Shown one piece after another: positions 11,363 to 24,800 of a DNA stretch of 64,000 nt. Origin of the DNA: Lama guanicoe (lineage: Eukaryota); NCBI GenBank assembly GCA_013239625.1, contig MU054338.1:932001-996000 (forward strand), given 5' to 3'. A program made the position numbers and the translations under genes. Positions within the stretch are counted from its first letter, which is position 1; the number at the start of each line of letters is the position of its first letter. The notes under the pieces were generated by a model, which was not told where the DNA came from, did not search any database, and saw only the letters and a list, made by a program, of their open reading frames with translations.

Positions 11363-12563
11363 CTGTGGGAGGGTGGGCAGGCTCAGGCAGGCGGGGCCGA
11401 GCAGGGTGAGGACCAGCCGGCCCCTGGCCCTCAGCTGGCCCCGTAGCAGGCTGCCCCTCTGCCAGGAAGGCAGTCCCCTTTGCTGCCTCTCGCCTGTGCC
11501 GCTCTGACCCTTCCCTCTAAAATGGCCCAGTGCTGAGGCTCTGCTGTTGCTTCTTCACCCCACCTCCTACTCGCCCCACAACCCCAGCCTCTGTAGACTG
11601 GACCCCCTGCCCAGAATGCCTTCCCACCCCTTAGTCCAGCAAACTCCTATTCACTCCTCAACCCCCAGCGGTGCCGCCTCCAGCCCTCCCTTCTCCCTTG
11701 TTCCCGCGGAACTGGAACCTCCCTAAGACCCAACCCTGATCACACAAGGCCTGGGGTCCTCAGAGGTGGGGCCCTGGGTTAACAGCCTGCCCCAGCTGCC
11801 CCAGACCAGCGAGACGGCAAAGGCGTTCTACAGTCAGCGTCATCTCTGATTGGCTGGTGCTGCCTGGCCCAGCAGTGGAGCAAGAAGTGGGTATGACTGC
11901 TGAGTGACTGGAGGAAAAAGTGGGCTCAGCTTTGATGGTGCAGGAAATTGAGGGGGAGGTGGTCAGGCGAGGAAAACACGGGTTGGTGACATCATGAGTT
12001 GAGACTGAAGAGAGCCTGTGCCCCCTGGTGGGAGTATGTGGACCTGGGGTGATGCAAGTGGGACGGGCTGCATCAGCCTCGCGGCTCCTGCCGGGCCCAG
12101 CGCAGGAGCCAGGCAGGAAGGGTGGCAGCCAGGCTGGGGAATCCAGCAAATTGCCTTCTCTTCCAACGTGATTAAGCTGAGGGAGCAGGGCGCTGGGAGC
12201 CGCTGGTGGCTCAGCACCATCTGCTGGGCCTGGCACCCCGCCAACCAGCAGGCAGCGGGGTGAGGACACAGTGCAGCTCCTAGCAGGGCAGCTGGGGGGA
12301 CGGCAGGGTGGGAACTGTCTGGACTGGCCCCTGGGACGTCTTGCCTGCTCCCTGTCCTAGAACCCCTGATCACACCACTTTCTCTTAAAGTAGGAAGGAT
12401 CCAGGCTAGACCTCAGAGGAACTTCCCGACTCCCGCAGAGGCCGTCTCTGGTCTGAGGTGGGACTCCCGGGGGGTCACGCAAACCCACAGCAGCTCACAG
12501 CCCAGTACCCCACTGACACATGGTGTGGCCTCTGGCAGGGGCCCCGCCTGTCCCAGGACTCAC

Positions 12564-12613
12564 CGAGGACGGGAGGCCCGGTGGCACCTTCCGGACTTTC
12601 TTGGGCTGAGCGT
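12564..12613 (-). CDS. TCF3: TCF3 exon 8 (DAQPKKVRKVPPGLPSS; NLS)
   Basis: 50 nt; tgacag acceptor; GTGAGT donor; KKVRKV nuclear localisation motif. Confidence 0.96.
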
Positions 12614-13212
12614 CTGTCAGGAGCAAGAGGAGGCAGGGAGGGATGAGGGGGCCCTTCCCGCCTGGGACGCGCCGTCACTGGACAGGGAAGACGGCCCCCA
12701 GCCTGCACCTCCGAGGAGAGCCCCGAGCTACTGGTAAGACGGCTTAAACAAGACTTGGGTCCCTGTGCAAACTCGCAGGGCAGAGTGGACGCAAGGACGA
12801 GGGACATTTACCGAAGCCCCAGCTCTCAAGCCACTGGGTCCCGGGCCCCGTCTAGCGGCTGTGTGCATGTGGGTGGCTGTGCTATCTAAGCGGCCCCCCT
12901 AGTGTAGAGCTGGGGTGCTGCCTGCCCAGGTGTGTTCTGGGTAAGACATGGTGTTAGGACGCTTCCTTCAAGCGACAGTGCTGGCCCGCTGGCCGTGCAC
13001 TCAAGTGTCCTCGAGTCAACAGCGTTAAACAGCCCGTCTTTACCTGGAAACGCCCCTCGCCCGAGGCCGTGTAGACCGTGTGGCCACGGCCCATGCCGAG
13101 ACTGTGCCCCGCCCCCGGCCCGCACCCCGGCCCCCCACCCACCCCGGTTCTGGAAGGCACCCAGCAGGCTGCGGTCGCCCCTGGCCGCCCCGCCCCCGGC
13201 CGCCCTACTCAC

Positions 13213-13342
13213 CCAGGCCGCCGTCCGCAGCTCTCCGCCGGGGGTGGCTGGAGTACGAGTAATACTGGGACCCGCCCTTGACACCCGAAGGGGACAGCGG
13301 CCCCGGGCTGCTCAGGGCCAGCTCGCTGGGCAGGAAGCCAGC
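13213..13342 (-). CDS. TCF3: TCF3 exon 7 ([43 protein letters not shown])
   Basis: 130 nt; ccctag acceptor; GTGAGT donor. Confidence 0.95.
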
Positions 13343-14573
13343 CTAGGGGGGTAGGGTCATAACTGTCCGGCCTCCGCTTCCCCAGGCCAACTCCGCTCTG
13401 CGGGGTGACAGTGACCTGGGCCTGGGGACGTCCCTCGGGAGGGACGGGCGGCTCTCTCCTGACGCCGGTGGCACCTTGCTGATCTAACTCTATGGACTTA
13501 TTTCCACGAAAGAAACACGGAGGAAGAAACACTGCTGCCGTCAGGCCGAAGCTGAGCCCCGTCCCTGGCGCTGCATGTAGTAAGCGCGCCTCCAGCGTTG
13601 GTGGGATCTGCTTGTCTTACTTGGCTCTTATCTTTTTCTTTCTTTTAAGGTAAACAGTTTAATCTTGCAAATGTTAAGTCTGAATGAAACCCTCTCCCCT
13701 CAACAGCATGAGTGACAGGGGTTCCAGCCCAGTTCCGCAGCCCCGGCGCTCCCGTCTGTAAAAGGGGCCTGCCAGCCAGTCCCCAGCGCAGGGGCAGCGT
13801 GGACCTGGTGCCGGCTGGCTCTCGGTAGCTGTGACGGCTGCGGCCCCGCAGAGGCCCGGTGAGCACATGAGTGTCACTGTCGGGGACCCAGATGCGCCCT
13901 GAGACTTGAGTTACAGGAATGAAAACCCTTGTGCGTGGGGAGGAGGGCCCCGAGGGGTGACCAGGATAGGAGGCCATGTGGGACCACTGTGTGGGTGCCT
14001 GTCCCTGTCGGCCCCGGTCGGGTGACTGGGGGCCTGTGGGACAGCTCCCTGGAAGGGACTAGGGAGCAGGAGGTGCTGGGGCTGGACTGCAGGGCCAGGC
14101 TGGATGGAGCAAGGAATAGGGCCTCCGGGCCACGGGGATGGCCTGTTTTCCTGTCTGCCACTCCGGGGTGGGCAGGTGTCTCCTGGAGCCCCTTTAGCTG
14201 TGCATGGGGGCCCACAGGCTGGACCCCAGGCAAGGGAGCCGTGGGGCAGGGGCCATGGCCTCCCCAGTGTCCCCCCCCAACCCCGTCCACAGCCAGCCGG
14301 CCAGCCTGGCCCAGGGCCTGGGCCTGTTTTAGCTGCAGCTGGAGAGTGACCAGCACTCGGCTCGGCCCAGGAACCTTCCACAGATCAGGAGGCAATTGTG
14401 ACGGATTTGTTTAAAACTAAAAGTAGGTGGGAACAAAAGGGGGCTGAGGGGCTACGTGGTGACCGTGGCCCCAACTGGGGCTCCCCAAGGCCCTACCCCC
14501 TGCACTGCCCCTGGTTTGGAGAACGGGTGCTGATGTGACCCCCGCCCTCCCACCCGCTGAGTGGAGGCCTCAC

Positions 14574-14641
14574 CAGAGAGAGGCCGCCGACACCCGCGTC
14601 TCTTGCGAAGGGGGTGTACGCACCCCTCTCACCACCCTTAC
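14574..14641 (-). CDS. TCF3: TCF3 exon 6 (GKGGERGAYTPFARDAGVGGLSL)
   Basis: 68 nt; ctccag acceptor; GTGAGG donor. Confidence 0.94.
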
Positions 14642-17194
14642 CTGGAGGAAAGGAAGGAGGGTCACCTGGAGCCGACCTAGCGCCCAGCACGTGTCTGAAC
14701 ACAGCAGGCACGCCACTGTGCACAGCACTAGAACCAGAACTGTGTCGGGGCGTGGGTCTCCCCGCTGGCCTGGCGACAGGCGGAGGGACAAGTGGGGGCC
14801 TAGCCAGACGCTGTCTGCAAGTGACCTGCAGAGCATTCTGCAGGCCCACCACAGCCCCACACGTCCCGCCCAGAGGCAGGACTGCACTCACTCGGCTCCC
14901 CCTCCCTTCTCAAGCCTCAGTTGCCTCTGGTCAAGGTCGTGAAGAGTCAACGCCCCAGGGTGCTGGGCTCCCGGGGGACAGGCCGGGGTCCCTGGCACCT
15001 GCAAGGTTCAGTGCCCAGGCCCTGGGCTCCTAACCAAACTCCCGGCCAGGGTCAGGCCATGAACGAACATGTGATGTCCCTGGGGACACTGATCCAAGCG
15101 ACTCAGTGTGAAGGGGCCCCTTCTCCGTGTGGGCGGGCAAGGTCCAGGCTTTGGGTGACACGAATGGACAAATACCTACAGCTACACGAACACCTGGATC
15201 CAGCCTGGCCTGAAGCGGCTCTCTGGATCAACCAGTACCTGAGCCATTTAAGTCTGTTTCTGGTTTAAGTTGGGCACCAATCCTGACGGAGGCTGGCCTT
15301 TACGCAGCCTTGCGGCTAGCAGGGAATTACAATGCTTGACTAATCTGATTCACTCACACTGGGCGGGGGGGTCGGGGCGGGTACTTCCCCTGTATTTTAA
15401 AAGGACAACACTTTCAGCTAGGCTCCTGGAGCAAATGCCGTTTGGCAGGGCAGGAAGAGGGGCCGTGCTCCTCCCAACACGCTGGATGCCCCACAGGCTG
15501 TGCCCACCAACTCAAGCTCCCATGACCCATCTGGGCAGGTGACACTGGGCCCACCACTTGGGATGATGAATAAACCAAGACCTAGAGGCCAGAGAGGATT
15601 TGCCCTGTTCCAGTGAATGCACAGGGATGACACCAATGCTTCTGTCCTCCCAGGGTGAGTGTGGGGAGCAAAGCTGGCTGGCCCAGCCAGGGCTCTGGGA
15701 CCCTCCCAGGAAAGTAACTCCCCCTGCAGGCTGGGGCTGCTGTGGTTCAGACCCTGCAAACAGCAGGCACCACATACAGGCTTCCTAAAAGGAAGGATGG
15801 GGAGCAAGAAGAGAAATCAGAAGTTCTAGGAAGGGACCCAATGGGTATACAGCAGGTGCCTAACCCATGCACTTGGGCTAGTGCATCAGAGTGTGAGAGT
15901 GAAATAAGGATAACCACTGAGGAGCAGAACCACCAGGTCTTGTCGAGGAGCCAGGCCAGGCTGGGGGCCCCACAGCAACAGGCAACGCCGCCTTCAGGGT
16001 CCCTGGCACTCACCACCCGCTGTCCCACCCTGGCCACACCAACCCCGATCCGTGGTGAGAAAGCCGGGGCCCGGGGACGCCGATCGAGACCGTGCCTGCC
16101 TCCCCACTAGCAGGCTGCCCTCTCGGAGCTCCTCGGCCACAGGGGCAGGTGGCGGGTGTAGGACACAGCTGGGCCCTGGGCTGGGCTGGGCTGACCAGGC
16201 CCAGCCGTGGGAACTGCCCGTGCCCGGAAGAGGCGGGAGGAAGGAACAGCCGCCAGGGAACCAGCGTCACTACAGGTGCAGAGGCCACCCCAGGCCACCT
16301 CGTGGCCTGGGAGATGGGCACAGACGCCTGTCGGACTCAGCGGGTGCCTGTGCTGCCACCCCACTCCCAACTTCACAGGATTGCTCTCTGGCCACCCTCA
16401 CCTGTCTAGCCCACAAAGGCTGGGCCCCCAGCCCAGCTTTCCCACTGGTCGGTCCCACCCAGAGACCTGTGGTCCACATGTCTCCCCCAGCAGCCGCCCA
16501 CCCTGCGACGCACCTTAGCCTGTGAACTAGTAATGACAGGCTCAGATGGGCCAACTTCACGTGGAAGGACCTCGCGTCTCAGGGCCACCGAGGCAGGGAA
16601 CTAAAGCGCCCTCAGTGCACAGCAGCCTCCCCAGCCCCCCTGACCCCCCGGAGAAACCAGCTTCACAGTCAGAACAGGGATGGGGTCTGGGGCTGGGGGG
16701 CGTGGGGACACAGTCAACCACCCGGGGCCTGGCAGTCCAGGACAGAGCCTGGTCCTTTCCCGCTGAGCCTCAGTCTGCGCGTCTTCGGCGGGGTGGCAGG
16801 GGGGCCTCCGGGCCTGGGGAGCTGGGTGAGTCCTCACCACCACCTGTGCAGGAGGTTCTGGGGGATCCCTGTCCCCACAGGTGGGGAAACCAGAGCTCGC
16901 GAGGGGACGGCCCTTGTCCAGGTCCCAGTCCTACCTCACAGTCAGGCTTCTGGGGCCCCAGGGAGAGTGGGCAGGCTGGCCTCAGAAAGCCATGCCCTGA
17001 CCACCACCCCAAGTCACCAGGACTCCCGAGTCCACTTCCCAGCAGGCACCTGGCCAGTCCCCACTGACCCGGGGCTCCAGGTTGTGTCCACCTGTGTCCT
17101 CTCCTGTGTGTGACTCGCCTGGGAATCCCGGCACTTCAGTGTGCTGACCGCGCTCCAGGACCACATGAGGGAGGGGCGCAGGGTGTGCACTCAC

Positions 17195-17273
17195 CTCCGA
17201 GCCCGGGTCCCAAGAAAGTGGATGGAGAGAGGCCGCCGTGGGACTCACTGAAGTGCCCGCCTTCGCTGTAGGT
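17195..17273 (-). CDS. TCF3: TCF3 exon 5 ([26 protein letters not shown])
   Basis: 79 nt; ccacag acceptor; GTGAGT donor. Confidence 0.95.
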
Positions 17274-17382
17274 CTGTGGAGAGATGGGTCGGGGTGAGGG
17301 GTGCTGGGGCATCCCCACTTACAGCTGGGGAAACAGGCTTGGGGAGGGAAACCCAGGGTCCCCGGCCCCAGGGGATCCTCAC

Positions 17383-17456
17383 CCGGCTGGGGTCGAAGGA
17401 GGAACTGTTCTGCTCGCCAGTGCCCCACGAGCCCGAGCCAGGCCGGTCCTCGAGAC
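17383..17456 (-). CDS. TCF3: TCF3 exon 4 ([25 protein letters not shown])
   Basis: 74 nt; ctgcag acceptor; GTGAGG donor. Confidence 0.95.
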
Positions 17457-19555
17457 CTGCAGGGCAGGAAGGGAGAGTTAGAGCCACCCTCTCCCCTGCT
17501 CGCTCCACATGGGCTCCAGTCCCATCACCTGCACCCAGCCCGGCCCGGGGGCTGCCCGGCCTCACCCTGCCCTGGCTTTGCCCATGGCCACACACTGGCA
17601 CGAAGCTCAGGAACAACTCCACAAGCTACTGCTGCCACCAAAAGCCTCCTGCCCAGCGAGGCCCCAGCCCCCACCCCACTCTGGACCAAGCCCTCCCTGG
17701 CACTCGTCTCCCAGGCGAGGGCCCGGGCGGGGGTGTCTGGGGGCTTCTGGGTCCTGCTCAGGAGGCATCAGGGGAAGGGAAGAGGGATGAGGAGCCTCCC
17801 CCTTCGCATGGCTGCCAATTCCAGAGGCGGGGCCACCCCTCTATTGAAGTAACAGCGGCAGCTGCCACCGACTACCCGCCAGGCACAGGCCTGCGCCCCA
17901 AAGGTGGAATCCAATCCCCCGCAAGATAGGCGCCCCACCCGTCTAGCGGCTGGGAGGCCAGAGGTGTGGCAGGGTTAAGCTCGGTGGGGACCAGGACCCT
18001 GGATGGAGGGCGGGCAGGGTGGAGCCCTTATCTCCCTGAACACTCGCCCAGGGCTTGGATCTCCCCACCCGGCAGGCCACAGGGTGCAACTCTGTGGGGG
18101 GCTCTGACACTGCCCACCAGGGGCCGCAGCGCACGGGCCTGGAAAGGCAGAAAGGGAGCAGCCCTGGGCCTCTACCTCCCTGTGCCTCAGTTTCCCTCCC
18201 CTGCAAATGGGGTTATGAACACACCTACTCCGAAGGACTGGCGTGTCCAAGTCCGACTCAAAGCTCCCCAAGCCAGGCAGGGTGGGAGATGGGGGGAGGG
18301 GGACAAACGCCCCGCCTGCCCTCTGACCCTACACGGTGGACATCCCGGAATCCTTCACCCTGCGCTCCCCCATTTGTACCAGGAACTTGTCTCAAATTGC
18401 ATCCTTCTATTTTGGTGCCTTTGTGTTAATCCTCCTCCTGGAGAACTGGTGTTTAATTGCTGTCTAATTTGCATAATTGTGCATATTAACATCCCCATCT
18501 GATGAATATTCACATATCTTGCTTAGATTTTGTTTTCTAATAGAAAATTCCCAGTGTGATGGTGATGCTGGGCTGGGGGCTGCCAGGGCTGGGGGCTGCC
18601 TTGGGGGGTAGGGGGCCCAATGGGGAGTTCCCGTGGTCTCTAAGACTCCATCAGGCATTTGTTGCCAGTTTTGGGCTATCTGCACCCCATGGTCCCAGGC
18701 CCCACATGGGCTCGGTAAAAGAGCAGCCAGTGAGGGGGGCGACACTGGGCCAAGTGCCAGCGCCGGGAGCCTCAGTGTCCCTCTGCATGCACGAGCCTGT
18801 CACCCCTCTTCTTCTGGAGCAGTCCCCTCGCCCCCACCCCCACACACAGAGGGGCCCAGGCCCCTCTGCGCCCCCCCCACTACGGCAACCACCACACGCC
18901 CCTGGGGCACCAGGACCCCTGTGGTCCAAGACCACAGCCAGGCCCCATCTTGACGCCCACAGCCCTCCCTGCCTGCCCAGGGCCTGGCCAGGGTGAGAGG
19001 TGCTCTGGGGTCCAACACCCAGGGACCCCCGCCCCATGAGGGCCCCACAAGCTTCTGGCAGAGGCAACTGAGCCCTGCTCTGCCCTTTCTGGAAAAACCC
19101 CCTCACCCAGCCCCAGCCTCCTCCCTCCTAGAAACAACCGAAACAGGGGTGGCCCCTCTCCCACCATTCCCATTAATACTTATTAACCCCCCCCACGACT
19201 AATCATGCATTTTAATACCCCAATCACGAATATTCATAACACAACCCTTTAATGTTGTAATTAAAACATACTAATAGAGTAAGACATTGCTGTCGGAGTG
19301 TAAACTTTTGATTTCTTTATAAAATACCAGAGGTGCAGTGGAGGGGGGCCTGCACGCCTGGAAAGGCCACCTCTGCTCAGATCCAGCCGGCTGCCTGGAG
19401 CAGAGGCGGGAGATGGATGGAACAGAGGGCTGGGGGCCCCGCTTCAGTCCCACCACCTGGGCTGCAGCAGGGACGATGAGAAGGCGGCACAGCTGGACGG
19501 GCCCCAGCCCCAGCGGGTCACTTCCTGGGCTGGCCTGGCCTGGGCTCCACCAAGT

Positions 19556-19750
19556 GGCCTGGTCCAAACCGCAGCCCTTGGACGGAGTCTGGCCCCTGCC
19601 TGCTTTTACAAATAAAGTTTTATTAGCACACGGCCATGCGCGTTGGCTCCCACACTGTCTATGGAAGCTTCTGCTGAAAGCAGACCAGGGGCGAGAGAGC
19701 CCGAGAGGCCCGCAGACACGCCCGGCCTCATGGAGGTCAGCTGACCCTGT
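19556..19750 (+). mobile_element. MER58-family hAT DNA transposon remnant
   Basis: Diagnostic TTTACAAATAAAGTTTTATTAGCACACGGCCA...TGTCTATGG. Confidence 0.75.
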
Positions 19751-21899
19751 GTGGGGACGATTCCTCCTCAGCGAGCAGCCAGAGAACAACAGACCCCAGT
19801 ATCAGCAGGGGGCCAAGGTGTGGCACATGCAAAACCCAAGGGGTCACAGCCCTGCCCACCGCCCCCACCACAGACCTGTCCGCACGACCACAGTGGTCAT
19901 GGGGCTTCATCCTGCAGCCCCGGCACTGCGAGCACCCCTCACCCAGGTTCCCAGGCTAGACCTAGGGAGCCAGCCCCTCTCCATCACTCACCGCCACCCC
20001 CATGGGGCCTCAGGGCAGAGCTGGTCCCGCCCTCACCTTTGCCCCCTGCCTGGGGTCAAGGGTCAAGCTGCGTCTCTGCAGCAGTGTCCTTCCAGGTTCC
20101 CTGGCCACACTCCACCCTGGGCCGCCTGACAGCTTTTGGGAGGAAAACTTGGCTCTCTTCCCTCTCTCTAACCTCTCCTGTGGCTCCCCACTGCTCTCAG
20201 GGTAAACACCAGACTCCTCCCCGACCTCCCCTCTCCCCCCAGCTCACTCCCACCTGCCCCAACAAGTGAGCAGATCCCCTCCCCACCCACGCTCCACCCA
20301 GGGGCCCCACACCAGCTGATTCTTCACCCCCATCAGGGAGATCGCCTCACTGGCCCCCTGTCCCCAGCACAGCCCACACCGGGCTGGCCCCCAAACAGCC
20401 TCCACAAACACTTGTTTTTTGCCTCTTGCTGGCACCAGTAACTAGCTAATCACAACATTCTCCACCAGCACCATCCTCCTGTGGTCACATGTGGTCACAC
20501 ACAGTCACCACCTGAAATGTGGCCTGAGCCACTGGTGGGACCAACAGCCACTCTGAGGCGGCTGCGGCTCACGCACGTCTGGGAAACCGCATGAGGCTAG
20601 TGGCTGCTGTACGGGACAGTGGCCCCAAAGTAAGGCCAAAGTAACGAGGACAGCAGCGCTACAGGCAGCAGCGCCGCCCCGGCGGCATCCAGAGCAACGC
20701 CAGCAACGCCCGGCTGGCCCCGGAGCCCCAGCGGGCGGGTCTCCCTCCGCTGCCCAGCGGCACCTGGGGTCCCATGAGGGTGAAGGGAGACACCAGTTTG
20801 AAGGGGCGCAGCCCTTCCTCAAGTGGGCCTCACCATTTCTAAGAGCAGAGGATCCCCCAAACCAGGGGCTCTGCTCCAACCCAAGCCCTCCTGAACGCCC
20901 AACCCTTGGGGCTTCCCTGCTGGGAAGAGCTGGCCCCTCTGGTGGGGATCCCGCAAATACATAGTAATTCACAAGAGAAGCAGGCTCCCCCAGCTGCAGA
21001 AACTGTCCCCACCTGTGAACTTCAGATTTGTGACCAAAGCCACAGCAGAAAGACCCCTTCCGGCTTCAGTCCCTAGGGGAACCCTGCAGCGTTCAAGGGC
21101 AGAGACGGGACGATCCTGCCCCCACCCCACTGCCAAATATGAGCTCAGGGTCCCACCTGAGACCTCTCTGCAAGAAACAAGCACGGAACACAGACCACGC
21201 TCACGGACCTAGGGCTTACCCCGGAGAACTGTGGCGCATCTAAGGCCCCCGCCCCGCAACCTTAAAGAGACTGTAGAACTTGGGGGTTCTCTGGGACTGA
21301 AGAAAGAGAAGACTTCGGGAAGAGAGAAATTGGGAAAAACTAAGAAAAGTTTTGCAGCAAATTCACAAGAGATGTAAAAAGCAGCATCAGCGAAGCCCGG
21401 TGATGCTGCAGAAGAGGCGCTCACATGGAGGGCGGGTCTGCTGGCGCCCCCACCGGGAGTTGGAGACACTGCCCACCGGGGACACGAAGGAGGCTGGGGG
21501 GAAACACGCGTGCTCCCGGGACGCTGAGAGCAGACGACGGCACAGCCCAGAAGGGCACGACTTGGGGGAGGTAAGTGGGGACCCCGGAATTCTGTCCCCC
21601 ACCCACTGCGGCTCATGGGAGAGGCAGGTGCAAAGGTCCCATCACCAGTGTCCCCTTAGCTGGAAAACATCCTCAGAGGTGGCGTTCTGGATGAGGGGGC
21701 CGAATCCAGCACAGACCACGCGAGTCAGGAGGATGTGATGGGTGTGGGGCGGGTAAGCACATCTGGCCTGCGGGTTCAATTTCATTAAGTGGAATTAAAG
21801 ACGCCATCCCCCCAACAGCAGGAACCGGAGCCCGCAGGTGCCGCGCTGCTCCGGGCACTTCATGGGATTTAGTCCCAATGAATTCCCTGAATAGCTGCT

Positions 21900-24800
21900 G
21901 TCCCCATTTGACAGGTGAAGAGACTAAGCCTCCTCAAAAAGTGGCAGAATCAACACAATAGCACATGTGTGTTTCCCAGCAGGAGACAAACAAAGAGAAA
22001 AAATGTTTTTAAAAAGTGGCAATGTATTTACAGGAGGGGCGGGGAAGGCCGCTTTCCTGCGGGACAGAAGACCTGGTTTCATTTCTGGGGCCGAAAAAGC
22101 ACGTTCTTTAAAACCATTAGACTAACCACCAGCAGAGTTCCAAACCAGCACAGACTTTCCAAACCCAGTGCAAGAAAACACACCAGGCACGACTGCAAGG
22201 GCGAAGTATAAAGACTGGAAAACTGAAAAGAATGGAGAAAAAGAGGCTGAAAACGTTAAGACAGATGCAGACTTAACCTTGAAAACTCAGCACCTACTCG
22301 GCAAAACGGTTCTGGACTCAGGAACACAAGCAGATGCACAAAGATCTACCAAGTGACACAGAGGAAGCAGGCGTGACAGTCACAGACAAGCCTGGCTTCC
22401 AGAGGCAAGCTTCCTCTGGAATAGAGGTGTGGCTTTGCTGACAATGGGCTGCACCCACAGAGAACATCCCCTGCCCCGAATAACACAGAGGCCAGCAGGG
22501 GTGGTGATGGGGGAACTCATACCGTTCTTGGTCCTTGATGTCGGACAAATTAAAAGTCCAAACGTGGTCAGCAGGAGACGAACATCTCACAGCTCCACAT
22601 CAAAGCGTCCCGCCAGCCCTCAGCAGCAAAGACAGAAGGGTCCACGTTTCAGGCAGAGCGGAAAACACCCTCCATTAAGAAATCACTACAGTCCGCGTTA
22701 CTGAAGCCAACGCGACGTGGCCAGAGCGGTCCTCAGAGGGGACCTGTCACCCTCGACGCCGGTTACTGAGCAAGAGAACGGAGGTAAACGACAGGTCTTC
22801 TACTCAAAAGTCAAAGGAAAAAACACTTAAGAAGGAAGAAATTAAAATAGAAGCAGTGAAGGAAGGGAAAAGCAGTCAGCTGATAAAGACCATTTGACAG
22901 TGAAGCAGGTACTTGGCAAACAGTCAATGAGCAGGTAAAGTGCCCCGGACAAAGGAACAAAAGGGTTACTACGTAGGTTCAGGACTGAGACGTGGGTTCA
23001 ATCTCCCAACAAAACAAGGACAGGGCACCTTATATGTTAGTAAAGAACGCGACAGCAGGCATTTTTACATGTGCCTGAGATGGGCGCTTTTCCCCTAAGA
23101 AAATGCTAGAACTGAGAAGAGGAGCGGACAAACTTTCAACAGGCCAACCGCCACCCGAGAAACAAGGCACAGGGGAAAGCGTCAGAAGCCAGCAGGGTGG
23201 TGGCAGCCCCCCCCCCAATGCGGGGGGCGCGCGGCAGGGGTCCCGCCTGCCGGGGGGCTGCTCCTGAGAACCTGGCAGGAAGCCTCGACCCCGCACGACG
23301 ACCCCGCACGACGCAGGGACAGGGACGCAGGCAAGGCGCAAAACTGATGCTGGCAGATCTGGTCTGGCAGCTCAAGGATGTGGACCAGACCTGAAATGCA
23401 GGGAACGTCCGCAGCGAGAACAACCATTAGCGGACAAGGTCAGGACAGCGTGAAGGGGGAAACCAGAGGCCGCTCTGAGCGGCCCAAAACGCACCACGGT
23501 GATGCCAACCGCCCGCGTGGATGGCCGTACAGGACCAACGGGAACGCCCTGAGCATGATAAACACAGACAGTCAGAGATGTATCTCGAATCAACAGCCAG
23601 TATGAGGCTCGGCCCCGCTGACAACAAGCCAAGCAGTACGCTGGCTGATGTGAAGGGGCCCGCGGCGTCTGCACCAGGATCAGGGCTGGCTGCCTGGGGG
23701 CAGCTTCTCTGGAAAACCAAGCCAAGGGAAAAATGAAAACAATCCAATAGATGCAGGGGGCAGCAGGGTGGAGACGATGCCGGGAAAGACCCCCGAGCCC
23801 CAGCGAGGAGAGCCCTGGACACCCAGGCGGAGCGCTCCCCTGCGAAGTGCGTGGCCAGGTCAAGGGAGGAGGACGCTCCACAAAGCGGCCAAGAGCCGCA
23901 GATGTCAGTTTCCAAGGTTTCTCTTAAGAACTTAGTACTAAGGGCCGAAGCTTACAGGGAGGAGACACCAGGCACTCACGTGAGAAAACACAGCACTATA
24001 AAGACAAACAGTTCTTTCTCAATTTATCTGTAAGTTTAACATAAAAACATCAAAATCCCAATGGTTTTGGTTTTTTGTTTTTTTTTTGGAGGGATGTGGG
24101 AGGAGAAATGACATAATTACTCCAAAGATCAGGGAAAAGAATCAACATGTGGGAAAATACAGGGGGACCTAAAAACAACAACTGAGGTCGCACTATAAGA
24201 ACACCACGAAACTACAGTAACTGCCGCGAGACAGTAGGACTGGGGCAGTAACAGACAAAGAGGACAAAAACTCGTGGCTAAATGGCAATTTAGGAAACGC
24301 TCTGAAGCATGTCAAACCAAGAAAGGGTTTCTTGGAACTTATTCCGTTGGTTTAGAACTGCCTGACTTGGACGCTCACTCCCTTTCTCTCTGCTGCATCT
24401 GCTCTGAGGAGGAGGCCACCAGGCTACGATTCTGCCCCCAGCACGGCTTTGCCTGCGCCTCGTAATCTCAATGTGTTTACATTATTGCAGATCCCTGTCT
24501 ATCCTTCTTGGCTGCTTTAACTTCCTCTTTAACCCAAGAGGTAGACAAAAAGGAACTTCGTTATTTCCAAGTAGTTGGGCCTTTTACTTCTTTCTACTTT
24601 TTTGGTCTTTTATTTCTAGTTTTACTGGACTGTTTTCAAAGAATGTGGTTTATATTTTGGCCTCTTTTTTTATGTTACAAGTTTTTACTGTGCCCAGTGT
24701 GCAGTCAATTTTTATAAAAGGAGTGTGACCATTTACAGGGCACAGCCTTTAAAGGGTAAGTGCTTCTAACTGGAGGTGGCCCTCAGAATCACCCAGAAGC

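Noticed and set aside
11363..12563. A HEBAlt-type MYCAY exon in intron 8
   Set aside because: I looked for it and saw no matching sequence.
13615..13700. Donor-like CAA|GTAAGA in intron 6 with purine-rich upstream sequence (cassette exon?)
   Set aside because: The frame compatible with exon 7 has an in-frame TAA and I found no convincing acceptor.
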